A DNA stretch of 62,641 nt, the filler included, from Hausera hauseri (taxonomy: Eukaryota): NCBI GenBank assembly GCA_046269625.1. It is 11 parts of 11 records of this genome, joined end to end, with 100 filler letters (N's around TTAATTAATTAA, not from the genome) between each part and the next. Parts side by side here need not be neighbours in the genome. Positions count along the whole stretch, not along the records: positions 22,866 to 28,063 come from JBJURY010310054.1; positions 28,164 to 33,183 come from JBJURY010359709.1; positions 33,284 to 37,542 come from JBJURY010672218.1; 8 more parts are not named here. One strand, 5' to 3'. Shown in pieces: positions 23,884 to 34,826 of this stretch. The position numbers and the translations under genes were made by a program. How positions within the stretch are numbered: the stretch's first letter is position 1; each line of letters begins with the position of its first letter. The notes beneath the pieces are model-generated. The model made no database searches, was not told the DNA's origin, and was given only the letters and a program-made list of their open reading frames with translations.

Positions 23884-23901
23884 TTCCACCTCTAGTCACC
23901 A
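23884..23901 (-). promoter_or_regulatory. Primer-binding site (TGGTGACTAGAGG..., tRNA-Trp-like)
   Basis: TGGTGAC begins after a 1-nt spacer following the LTR-terminal CA. The tRNA identity is inferred from the TGGTGAC start only. Confidence 0.7.
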
Positions 23902-23902
23902 A

Positions 23903-24521
23903 TGTGGATGTGAACCCATGTCGTCGTCAATACTGTAATGTATCATTTTTGAAACACACATCAGGTTAACTCCCCAAGACTCTAGATCAGAAGGTTTTAC
24001 TTTGAAACTCACGAAACTTCGTCGTCGTAGTGGGAGTGAAAATATGCACTAAACCATTCTTAACAATTATATAATTTATTAAAAAATAAAAATTACACAA
24101 CAAATTAACAATGGCATCTTGCCTAAAAACAAAAGAAACTAGCTCGAACAGAGCGTAATTAAAGCCAAGACGGCTAACCACACGTGTATAATTGAAGCTG
24201 GTGAAATGCTCAAACACAGAGCCTTTATAGTAGTTCACCTCTAAAAAATTTGCATACGAAAATGTTCGTTACTTGGCAGGATGCAAATCCGCTTCATTAA
24301 ATCAGAACAAGCATGATCGCATTCAACTTTATGCTTGCGCATCCATGCTCTGACGTTTTTACCTGCTTTCACATAAAGGAGAAGATGAAACTGCACTGCC
24401 CTCTACAGTTGACTGTCTTCTTTTGCACTTCAGAGGTTCTGTTCCACTTTGCGTAAGTTCCTTTAGGCTGAAGAGGTTTATGCGCGGCGTGCGCCCTCTT
24501 TTATGTGGCTGAGCCGCCACA
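23903..24521 (-). repeat. Single LTR (619 bp) shared between upstream pol and downstream gag
   Basis: Starts TGTGG after the PPT GGAGGGGGG and ends CCACA before the PBS. Confidence 0.9.
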
Positions 24522-24539
24522 TCACCCCCCTCCAAGTCG

Positions 24540-27500
24540 TCAACCGGCGACGTATCTAGCGGGCGGACGAGTGCGCCTTCCGGAATGTGTGGTGGTTTCC
24601 TCTTGCTTGGCTGAAGACTGCAAAGGCAAAGTCGGCTCTTCATCTAGTAATAGAAAGGCAGGTTTAATACGGTCTATAGAGATCACTCTTTTATCACCCC
24701 TAATGATAACAGTCATTGTCTTTTTTGCACGAGAGGCGACCAGAAACGGTCCATCAAACTGTGCTTGAAGGGGTTTTTTAAGTGCGTCTCGTCTAACGAA
24801 AACATGTGTGCAAGACTGGAGATCTTTAGGTATGTAAATATACGGTGCATTGTGTCTCGTACCGGGAGTAGGTCGAATTTCCTTCATGATGCCATTCAAG
24901 TTTTGCACAAACGTAGGTGAAGCTTGGTTCAGATCGGTTTGTTCACAAAAGTCCGCAGGGAGTGTTATGGTTTCTCCATAGACTAACTCCGCGACTGACG
25001 TTTTCAAGGCTTCTCTGTAAGCACTCCTCAATCCGAGTAACACAATGGGTAAGGCGTCGACCCACGATTTAGTTGTATGGCAGGCTAAAGCTTGTTTCAA
25101 TGGACGGTGAAATCTCTCCGCCATCCCATTACATTTGGGATTATAGGGAGACGTTCTGTGGATCTTGACACCAAAAAGTATCATTAGAGCGCGGAACAAT
25201 GCGGACTCAAATTGCCTTCCCTGGTCGCTGGTAACGCGGGAAGGCACACCAAAACGGGAGATCCAATTTGAAAAGAAAGCCTTTGCAACTGTCTCTGCTA
25301 AAATATTTTCTAACGGCACGGCTTCGGGCCAACGAGTAAACCTATCCACTATCGTCAGGCAATACATGAAACCCTGACTTGCCGGTAGGGGTCCTACTAG
25401 ATCAATGTGAATGTGTTTAAATCGACCGGTTGGCACTTCGAACTCACCGTATGGACTGTGTGTATGTTTATGTACCTTAGTTTTCTGACATTGAAGGCAC
25501 GCACGCGTCCACTTAGTGATGTCCTTTCTTAATTCGGGCCAAACGTACCTTTCGGCTATTAAACGTTTTGTTGTTTTTATGCCCGGATGTGACAATCCAT
25601 GTAGACTTTTAAAAATGTCCCGTCTACATTTTTCTGGAACGAGTGGCCGTATCCTACTGGTCGATGTATCGCACATTAATTTCTTTTTTGAATTAGGGAT
25701 AGAAATTTCCTTAAATACCAAAGAACTAGATTGCCTTTTCATGCTCCCGATTAAGTCAGGATCTCTGGATTGTTCATCCGCCAGTTGTTCCCAATCTATA
25801 GTTTCCACCGAAGTGATTTCACCGAGTCTAGACAGTGTGTCAGCAGTATGATTTTCCTTACCTGGGATATACCTAATATCGGTAGTGAACTGCGAAATAA
25901 ATTCCCATTGTCTTAATCGCCGAGGTGGCGTTTTTGCGTCATGTTTTTGCTCAAACGCAAATGTTAGTGGCTTATGGTCTGTAAAAACCACAAAAGGTCT
26001 CGCCTCTAACATATAGCGAAAATGCACAATGGCAGTGTATATTGCTAAAAGTTCACGATCGTAGGTGGAATATTTCTGCTGCGTACTTGTCAATTTTCGT
26101 GAAAAAAACCCTAGCGGTCTTGCTCCATTCTGTACGAGTTCATGTAAAGCGGCGCCCATAGCGTGATCGCTACAATCTGTATAGAGCGCGAGTTTCGCCT
26201 CTGGTGTAGGAAAATGTAACAAGGTTGAATGTGCTAGAGAGTCTTTACACTCTTTAAAAGCACGTTTATCTTCCTCTGTCCACTCTATTTTCCGCTTGTC
26301 TTTTCGTTTAGCTCCCTTCAAATGCTTATTAAGTGGTGCTTGGATTTCTGCGATTTTTGGTAAAAATATATGATAAAAATTAATCATACCTAAAAATCGT
26401 CGTAAATCGCTGACTGTTACAGGAAGTTCATAATCCAAGATACACTTAACCCTATCTGGTAAGGGGCGATATCCAAATTTGTCGACCAAGTGGCCAAGGA
26501 ATTCTACCTGTTTTACACCAAAGATACTTTTTTCAGCGTTTATCTTGAGGCCATATTTTTGCAACCTAGAAAATAGGGTGTGCAAATGCTCATAATGTTG
26601 CTGTTCGCTCGTACTCGCGACCAAAATGTCATCTATGTACGCGAAACAGAATGTTAAGCCACGTAGGACCTCGTCGATAAAACGTTGAAATGACTGCGCG
26701 GCCCCACAAAGGCCGAAATTCATAACAGGGAATTCAAACAAGCCAAATGGGGTCGTCACATCAGTTTTGGGGATGTCTGGTTCGTGCACAGGTATTTGAA
26801 AATACGCCTTTACCAGATCGATTTTTGAAAAAATCGTAGCATTGTATAGCTGTTGAGTGAAGTCCCTTAGAAAAGGCAAGGGATATTTATCCTGTTTTGT
26901 GATTCTATTTAAAGCTCGATAATCACCTGTCGGTCTGCATTCTCCGGAGCGTTTGGAAACCATATGAAGCGGGCTCGCCCAGTTACTACGGGACGGGCGG
27001 CATATTCCTAATTTAAGCATCTTTTGGAACTCAGCTTTAGCGAGTTTTAATTGATCCGGATGCAATCGTCTGGGTCGGGCTTGAATGGGAGGACCACAAG
27101 TTTTAATAAAATGTTTAGTATCATGTTTCACTTTATTTGTACAAAATGTATCCGTTTTAGTAATAGTTTTAAATTTAGAAAGTAACTGTTCAAATTTTGT
27201 GGGAGCTGTCAAGCTTTTAATTCCAGGTGTAAAACCCTTGACAATGTGACCTGCAGTTGAATTTGCTGTGCTTAATTGTATCAGAGTTTTATCTCTGATA
27301 TTTACGATCAGGCCAAAATTTTGAAGAAAATCTGCACCAATTATTGGTTTACGAACCTCAGCTATAACGAATTCCCATCTGCAAACGCTTCCCAAGCCAA
27401 AGTCCAAAGAAAGAGTTTTACAACCAAAAGTTTTAATGTTGGTACCGTTGGCTGCGGCCAATGTGAATTCGGATTTATTCAAAGAGGTGCATCTACTTGC

Positions 27501-27557
27501 TGGGTAGCAACTCACGTCGCTTCCTGAGTCAATAAGAAAGTGCAAGCCAGAAATCAA
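24540..27557 (-). CDS. pol: Ty3/Gypsy Pol, uninterrupted 1005 aa (protease-RT-RNase H-integrase)
   Basis: FLIDSGS, YPLP, IDLVKAY, YIDDIL, YTDCS, YDRELLA, HGLSHPG/CLQC, HIDLVGP, TSDQG, AERFHR, FDGPF, C-terminal HSGRRTRPPARY. Confidence 0.98.
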   Translation of the reverse strand: MISGLHFLIDSGSDVSCYPASRCTSLNKSEFTLAAANGTNIKTFGCKTLSLDFGLGSVCRWEFVIAEVRKPIIGADFLQNFGLIVNIRDKTLIQLSTANSTAGHIVKGFTPGIKSLTAPTKFEQLLSKFKTITKTDTFCTNKVKHDTKHFIKTCGPPIQARPRRLHPDQLKLAKAEFQKMLKLGICRPSRSNWASPLHMVSKRSGECRPTGDYRALNRITKQDKYPLPFLRDFTQQLYNATIFSKIDLVKAYFQIPVHEPDIPKTDVTTPFGLFEFPVMNFGLCGAAQSFQRFIDEVLRGLTFCFAYIDDILVASTSEQQHYEHLHTLFSRLQKYGLKINAEKSIFGVKQVEFLGHLVDKFGYRPLPDRVKCILDYELPVTVSDLRRFLGMINFYHIFLPKIAEIQAPLNKHLKGAKRKDKRKIEWTEEDKRAFKECKDSLAHSTLLHFPTPEAKLALYTDCSDHAMGAALHELVQNGARPLGFFSRKLTSTQQKYSTYDRELLAIYTAIVHFRYMLEARPFVVFTDHKPLTFAFEQKHDAKTPPRRLRQWEFISQFTTDIRYIPGKENHTADTLSRLGEITSVETIDWEQLADEQSRDPDLIGSMKRQSSSLVFKEISIPNSKKKLMCDTSTSRIRPLVPEKCRRDIFKSLHGLSHPGIKTTKRLIAERYVWPELRKDITKWTRACLQCQKTKVHKHTHSPYGEFEVPTGRFKHIHIDLVGPLPASQGFMYCLTIVDRFTRWPEAVPLENILAETVAKAFFSNWISRFGVPSRVTSDQGRQFESALFRALMILFGVKIHRTSPYNPKCNGMAERFHRPLKQALACHTTKSWVDALPIVLLGLRSAYREALKTSVAELVYGETITLPADFCEQTDLNQASPTFVQNLNGIMKEIRPTPGTRHNAPYIYIPKDLQSCTHVFVRRDALKKPLQAQFDGPFLVASRAKKTMTVIIRGDKRVISIDRIKPAFLLLDEEPTLPLQSSAKQEETTTHSGRRTRPPARYVAG

Positions 27558-28216
27558 ATCAGTGACGAAAAGTCTTTGACTGACTCGTTCAGAAATGGAA
27601 TTAAGTTTGTAAATAATATATGAAATATGCTTTGTATTTGTGTTTACATTCTTATCGATATACAGTGTCGTAGTTTGTTATTTATTTTAAATCGGTATTC
27701 AGAAGTTTATTTATTGTTTTTATTTCAATTAATCACACTGCGAGAAATATTTTATTGTTACCCCACGGGATCCAGAATTTGGGGCACTCGAGTGGGCCGA
27801 ACTAGACGTCCGCGACGCGTGGGTCAGTACCCGGCCACCTTGTTGTGGCATACAGTACGACCGTCGAGACGAATAAAAAGAAAGACGACAGAGGAGAAAG
27901 CGATCGCGCGAAACCCGTCATTCGGGGACTTAGAATCCTGATCCCAGTGGGGGGCGAAGAGCTTTGTTGCAGCTACAAAGTAATTCATTTCGTCTGAGTC
28001 GCTCCTTCACTATTTTTTAGCGATCTTTTCTGAAACAATTCGCGTACGAGTCGCGCCTTGCAGNNNNNNNNNNNNNNNNNNNNNNNNNNNNNNNNNNNNN
28101 NNNNNNNTTAATTAATTAANNNNNNNNNNNNNNNNNNNNNNNNNNNNNNNNNNNNNNNNNNNNAAAGTTAACATTTACTTTAATTTGTTTAAATTTAGAA
28201 ATGTTCACAATATCCC

Positions 28217-28608
28217 ATGTACTGCGTCTCTCGCATACATAAGGTGGATCAGTGCCATCAGGAGATGGCGAAATATTACAAAATTGGCACGGACACATAT
28301 GTGTGTCCAACGTGTGATGTTCCAACCCGCTGTCGGTATTCCGATTTTATTAGGTGCACAAGCATTATCTCGGACCGTTTACTAGGTCTAAGAAGATGAT
28401 AGTTGTGCATTGCCCCACATACCTGCGACACTGTGGTAGTAGTAGTAGAGTGCATGACGTTGATGGTTGCCATAGTGTAGTGAAGAAGTACTATGGCGCC
28501 ATAACGGTGCACGGTTGTTCTATAGTTGGTGAAATCAACAATGAACAATTCTACAACATTCAAAAGGACCACTTGAACCAGTTTCAGAGGTCCAAAAGGA
28601 AATGTTAA
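28217..28608 (+). pseudogene. Cys/His-rich small ORF upstream of pPolB (copy 2, frameshifted)
   Basis: MYCVSRIH...CPTC...HKHYLGPFTRSK...HCPTY...EQFYN, homologous to 18706-19116. Confidence 0.75.
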
Positions 28609-31600
28609 TGGAGGAAGCAAAAATCAGTATTCCCTCAATAAGCAGAAAACGTCAAGCATCAACAATTCTTGACGAATACCTGCAAAGCAGCAATACAGAG
28701 CATCAGCAGCAAGAGCAGCAGCAGGAACAGCCCATTAATGTCAAGTACAACCTAAACAGATCGTATGTGGACATAAAGGTAAACATGTCGGCGAAATCAG
28801 CAACCCAACTGAGGCATGTACCCGCTTACGTGCGCAACCGGTTAGACACCGAAGTGGAGAAATTCAAACACCACAACTGCAAAGTGCAAAATTATGCACT
28901 TCCAGAATTTGAAAACGTTGAAGGTGACAGGAAACAATGGTACCTGTCACATCGAGCAGTTCTATATTCAAAAGATTTCATTGCCGACATAGGCGAAAAG
29001 GTAGACGAAAAAATCGCCAACTATACCGAAAATGGCAGTGGTTGGCCAATGATAAAAATTGTCACTCTCGGTTTTATTATAACAAAGTCGAATGACATAA
29101 TTTACCTGTCCGAACGTTCATTCATACCTACACCTGAAGCTCTAAAGCACTCTTATGCGGTAGTGAATGTAAAAAACATGGACGATGATTACTGTTTTAT
29201 TTACGGCATTCTGGCGGCATTAAAATATGATGAAATGGACAGACATAATGCATATCTTTCAAGTCAGTATCGGCAGTATTTTTCCGAATTGCAATTGGAC
29301 AAAAACTGGATGCTGTCAATCAACGTGTTCTGGCACAAAACAATAGTTGAAATACCGGCAGGCGAAGAAATTTACAATAATTCACATGTGGATATAATCT
29401 ATCGAAGTCGAAACCCGAATGGACGCACAGTAAATTTGTTATTGTTGGAACAGGCAGAAAATTTTCATTACGTGGCCATAACAAATTTGAGCCGACTATT
29501 GAACATGGATCACCATCAGTTTGTCAAAAAAAATACGTTGTAAGTAGTGTCCTACATGTCTGCATGGCTTCAGATCAGAAACCACATGGGAAAAACATGA
29601 GGCAATGTGCAGACAGAATGCATCAGGAACAACAATGTACGTCATGCCAGTCAAAAAGGAGCTGCAATTTAGTGATTGGTCTGAAACGGACACTCTAGCA
29701 TATGTGATATATGCTAATATTGAGGCAATCCTACCACAGCACAACGTATAGCGTTGAAAACATGTTCCAATTGCCGTCGGAATGTTGGTTTTCTTAATAA
29801 AAGATGCAGATCAACTGCAGTATTACATGTTTCACGGCTGGAACTGTGTTAGTGATTTCCTGCATCATTTGGAAACAATAGTTGAATCGGAAATCGCACC
29901 ATGGTATAACAATAGCAGCAAAAAACCCCCGATTTGGACAGATGAACGCCTGACGTTTGCAGTCACAGAGGAATGTTACATATGCCACAAAATATTACCG
30001 TTTGATTCACAGGAACGACTCGTACCGGATCACGACCATTTTACCTGTCGGTACTTGGGAGCAGCATGCAACGCATGCAATTTAGCGAGGCGCGTGCGAC
30101 CATTACTACCGGTGATCTTTCATAATTTCCGAGGTTATGATTGTTACCATGTACTGAAATGGGCCATCAAAGGATTTCGGCACTGGGAACTGTCCACAAT
30201 CCCAACAGCAATGGAGAAGTACCTGTTCTTGTCGGCACACATAAACCGGTTCCAGGTACGCTTCCTTGATTCATTGCAATTTCTCAATGAATCACTGGCG
30301 AAGCTGGTAGATGTGCCGATAACCTCAACGCAGTTCCACACACATTGCACGCAGCAAAGGCATATTTCCATGTGACTTTGCAACATCATATGAGCGACTC
30401 TGGACAGCAGAATAATTACCGCCGCGATGGAAAGGCATCACAGAACTTGAATATCAGAGAGCACAAGAATCTTGCACATAGCTTGGCTGTAGAAACATGT
30501 TGGATTACATGCTACAGTATCTTAAACTGGACGTGTACTTATTGGCTGATGTGTTCCAGGCGTTTCGGGTGAAAGAGTTGGCTGAAGATAGGCTGTAGCC
30601 ACTTAACTTTTATTCCATACCGGGAATGAGTTGGGCTTTAGCTCTAAGATCACTGGATTGAGACACTGAGCTGCTGCAAGGCCCGGAAATGTACCGGCTG
30701 TTTGATGTTGGTATTCGCGGCGGCATAACATTTGTCAACAAGCATCAGGTCCATGCTACCGATATCACATCACTGCTGTATATTGATATTAATAACCTGT
30801 ACAACTGGGCGCTTTCGCAACCCTTGCCGTACGGTTCATTCGAATGGGTTGTCGACAGACAAGATCTGGGCGACATAATGGTTAACCTACTACGAGCAGT
30901 CATGGCAAGCCCAGTCGGATACCTGATGGAGGTCGATCTCGAGATATCAGATGAGCTGCATGACATTTTGGACAATTTACCGGTCGCACCATTTAACCAA
31001 TGACCATCAGGCTCAAAAGGTAAGAAACTGCTCATGACGAATAAACCGAAGCTGAATCGCGTGGTTCATTAGCATCTATTACAGTTCTACATGCAGCTCG
31101 GTGTACGCGTCACACAGCTGCACTGTGAAATCCGATATACTCAGGCTTCCATATTCAAGGCGTACACAGATGGAAATTGTGAAAAACGATCCGCAGCTTG
31201 TATAAAATTCAAAAAGGACTACTACAAGCTGTAAAACAATTCCCTGTACGGAAAAACAGTGGAGAATCTGAAAAATCGGATCAATGTTCGTCTATGCAAT
31301 AGCAAAAAGCAGTTGGTCACGGACACGTACAATGCGCAGTTTCGGCGGTCAATGCACACTGACAATGGATTGGTTGCGGTGCTGCAAAACAGAGAAAAAG
31401 TCGTTCTGGACCGACCAAGTTACGTCTGACAAGTGGTATTGATCCTGAGCAAGCTGAGGATGTATGAGCTGCAGTATCGTGACTTGGCACATTACCGACA
31501 AATGTTTGACGGCTGCAATATTGGCATAATTTCCGGTGATACAGACAGTTTTTCCTGAGTCTGAAAAACGTCATTCGTGAACATCTACTGCAGCAAATGC

Positions 31601-32009
31601 ATTCAGGTGGATTACTGGACACGTCCAACTACCCACCGGATCATCCGTTGTACAGCAACGCTATCACAAACAAAATCGGCTGCTTCAAGGATGAAAGTGA
31701 AGGTCGGGTTCAGCATGGAGAATGGATATTTCTATGGCCAAAATCTAATAGCCTTGTAACTGGCAGAAAATGCGCGCCAAAACAGTTCAATTGGCCCAGA
31801 CGGAAATAAACCACAGTGATTATCGCCGTGTCTATGAAGAAGAAGGAGGACAATCAAAGGCTGTTGCGTCTTAAACGATCATGCAATCAACTGAGCACCA
31901 ACTGTATACGGTGACCAATATAAAATTCGCTTTATCATACAATGATAATAAGCGAAAGTGGGTGGGGTGAAATAAGAGTTGAGCGTACGGACAATCGCGT
32001 TTGAGATAA
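28608..32009 (+). pseudogene. Polinton/Adintovirus-type pPolB, copy 2 (decayed)
   Basis: GSGW, NVKNMDDDYCF, HYVAITNLSRL, DHDHFTCRYLGAAC, GIRGG, YIDINNLY, NNSLYGK, GDTDS, IGCFKDE, DNKR...AYG. Confidence 0.93.
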
Positions 32010-32340
32010 CACACGTTTAGTGTTCACAAACAATTCAGTGCAAACATGCAATTCAGTCTAGCTAGATCATTGACATTTGTGATCTTTATTTTACATTCAT
32101 CTGCTGTACATTTTTTGTTATATATGATCAATAACGTATTTGTACACTAGTTATTGTCTTGTGTTTTATATCAAGGAAATTGGGCTTAATTTGGGTTAGG
32201 GAAAATAAAGTATAAAATCTCATTTGCTCGAAAACTTCAATAATTTTCATTATTAATCTAAACGCAACACCAAAAACTCAAATAAATTTTATTATAAATC
32301 ACAATCTAACAACATCAGAAACTAAAAAGAATATATCAAT

Positions 32341-32863
32341 TCAATTCATTAGGGTAAACTTCCCCAACTTCCACTTTGGTGATTTAATACCGCGCAGTTC
32401 CTTATATCCTTTCAGCTTCATTGTCAGGTATCCTTTTACTCCTTACGTTGATAAAACTGTTGTTTGTCCACTTGCACTCACAATTTTCGCCATGTTGTTT
32501 TTAAGTGTTAAATGTGTCCCGAATGTTATGGGACAACATAAAATCATTGTGAACTTTCTCCATCGCTTCCTCCAATGAATTCAAGTTACTGTCACCGATT
32601 TTCTTTGCTAACGGGCCATAGTTCACCTGCTTCATTTTGATCGATGTTGATAATTTTACTAGAATGGAGGTTCGCAGGAATTGTAGATTTTACCCGTTGT
32701 ACACTTTGGAATGTCTGAGGAAATACGGGCCATACTTGGACTCACTGTTATTTTCTAAATACATATTAAGGACAAAAAGTAAAAATGAAATGGACTTACT
32801 GAAACCTGGCACAAGTGAACTGTCGTTGTTGTTGTAAATGCTGTTGTTTTGTTGTGCAGACAT
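32341..32863 (-). pseudogene. Conserved unknown ORF convergent on pPolB (copy 2, about 170 codons, frameshifted)
   Basis: MSAQQNN...DFMLSHNIRDT...NNMAKIVS...GVKGYLTMKLKGY...WKLGKF, homologous to 14738-14940. Confidence 0.7.
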
Positions 32864-33479
32864 TTTAGAGACAAAGTAAAATGAAAAGACATCCATATTT
32901 ATATCAACTTTTGTTTTCACTGTAAACAAGCGACAATTACTTTTTAAGTATTTTCTCCTATCACAACAAAGATATATATTGTCTCATCACAAAGATACAT
33001 ACACTAGTTTTAAACTATTCAACTTACCAATACGAACCTTGTTTACAGAAAGAAAGAAGAAAGAGTGAAATACATTTATTTGCATAAAATATAGTCAATA
33101 CAAAGTCGTAGACATTTTTTGTAAGCACAATTCGGTCCATGATCACGATATGGACATCGAATATTGTCAGGTACCATCACCAGNNNNNNNNNNNNNNNNN
33201 NNNNNNNNNNNNNNNNNNNNNNNNNNNTTAATTAATTAANNNNNNNNNNNNNNNNNNNNNNNNNNNNNNNNNNNNNNNNNNNNCTGAAACCCAGGCGAAT
33301 CGAGTGGTTGAAAAGAGTGACGTCAAACAACAAAACGGCGAGAGAGGGAAGTTAGAAAATATGAGATAATTTGTTTCAATAATGTCAATTTTACATTAGA
33401 AATATAAATTGATATGGAATCTTCTAGTTCTCTTACACTAATATTTACAGAAACTTTGAAATTAAAACAAAAAAAGTTT

Positions 33480-34565
33480 TTGGCACGAATTTCAAATTTA
33501 TAAATCCACCATCAATCCATGCAGTGCAGGCGCCTTTACATCACTTTCATAACTGTCTGCTATCTACACCATACTAAAGGTGTATGTGTATCTTTTTTCT
33601 ACACCTTGACTCATCCGCAAACCATATCGATTTTTTTCTCTTGTGGAGGAGGTGGCCCAGTATGCTCACTTCCATCTATTCACTACTTTATACAATGTCC
33701 GAAAATAAGTGAGTTTAAGGACTGTGCCAAATCTATAATCCTCCTTTTGTTGTGTATGCTGACTTTTAATCGATTGTGTCCTGATGATAAAGTCAAGCAT
33801 ATTCATTTGCCTGCTGCAGCCTGTCTCTTGTAGTTTCACCAGCAGGTATTGAATATAGGCAATTTGCAGGTGAAAATTCTATAGTTGAGTTTCTGGCCTG
33901 TTTAGAGGCAATTGTAAAAACACTAGTTTTCCCTTGGTATGAAAATGCCAAAAAGCCTTTGATCCCGTTAACAACAGCTGAATGGTTTCAGTTTAAAAAG
34001 GCTACAAAATGCTACTTATGCCATAAACCGGGCACTACATTTGTTCGAGATCGCTGCCACGTTACAGGTAAATACTTAGGTGTAACTTGGCTCGTAAGAT
34101 CAGATACAATTTACTTGTTATTTTCCATAATTTGCGTAGCTACCATCTCCATCATATCTTGAAACACGCACTAAGTAAATTCGCTACTTGGAATTTGAGT
34201 GTTATTGCACAAACAAGAGAAATTTTAACCATGCAAGCAAATATTCAGTGTTCATACAAAAATTCGGTATCTATTCGGATTCTCAACTCGTTGCAGTTTC
34301 TACCGGCTTCACTTAAGACGTTGCCTTGCAACTTAGGCAGTTCCCATTGACTGAGTCGGCTTTTCCTTCTGACATCATTAAGGGAAAAGGAATTTTTCCA
34401 TATACTGCAGCCAAATCATTTCGTAATTTGCAGTCGATTGCTGAATTACCACCAAAATGGGATAGTATCAGCGATAGTGATTATGAGGACGCTCAACTTA
34501 CCTGGTCAAAATATAGACGTGCCAGTCTCAGATTACATGTTGGTATGCATGAAACTCGATGTATT
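33480..34565 (+). pseudogene. Polinton-type pPolB internal fragment, copy 3 (more divergent)
   Basis: VVYADF, CYLCHK...VRDRCHVTGKYLG, IFHNLRSY, ILNSLQFL, KGIFPY. Confidence 0.85.
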
Positions 34566-34826
34566 GGAAACTCGGTGAAGTTGGAAAAGTAGATCAAAAA
34601 AAAGCCAAAGGTAAAAATCTCCAAACAATACAAACAAGATAGACTCCTAAGTATCATTCACTAGCCTGAGCGGCAGTGCTGGTGTCAATTAGACAACAAT
34701 AAAGTTTGCTACTGCAGCAACAGGACAGTCAGAGGGACGAAAATGCCCTCGTATCAAACGCGAATAATTAGCAGCCGAATAAACATTAATAAAAACGCAA
34801 CAAAACCCAATAATTAAGAACCTCTA

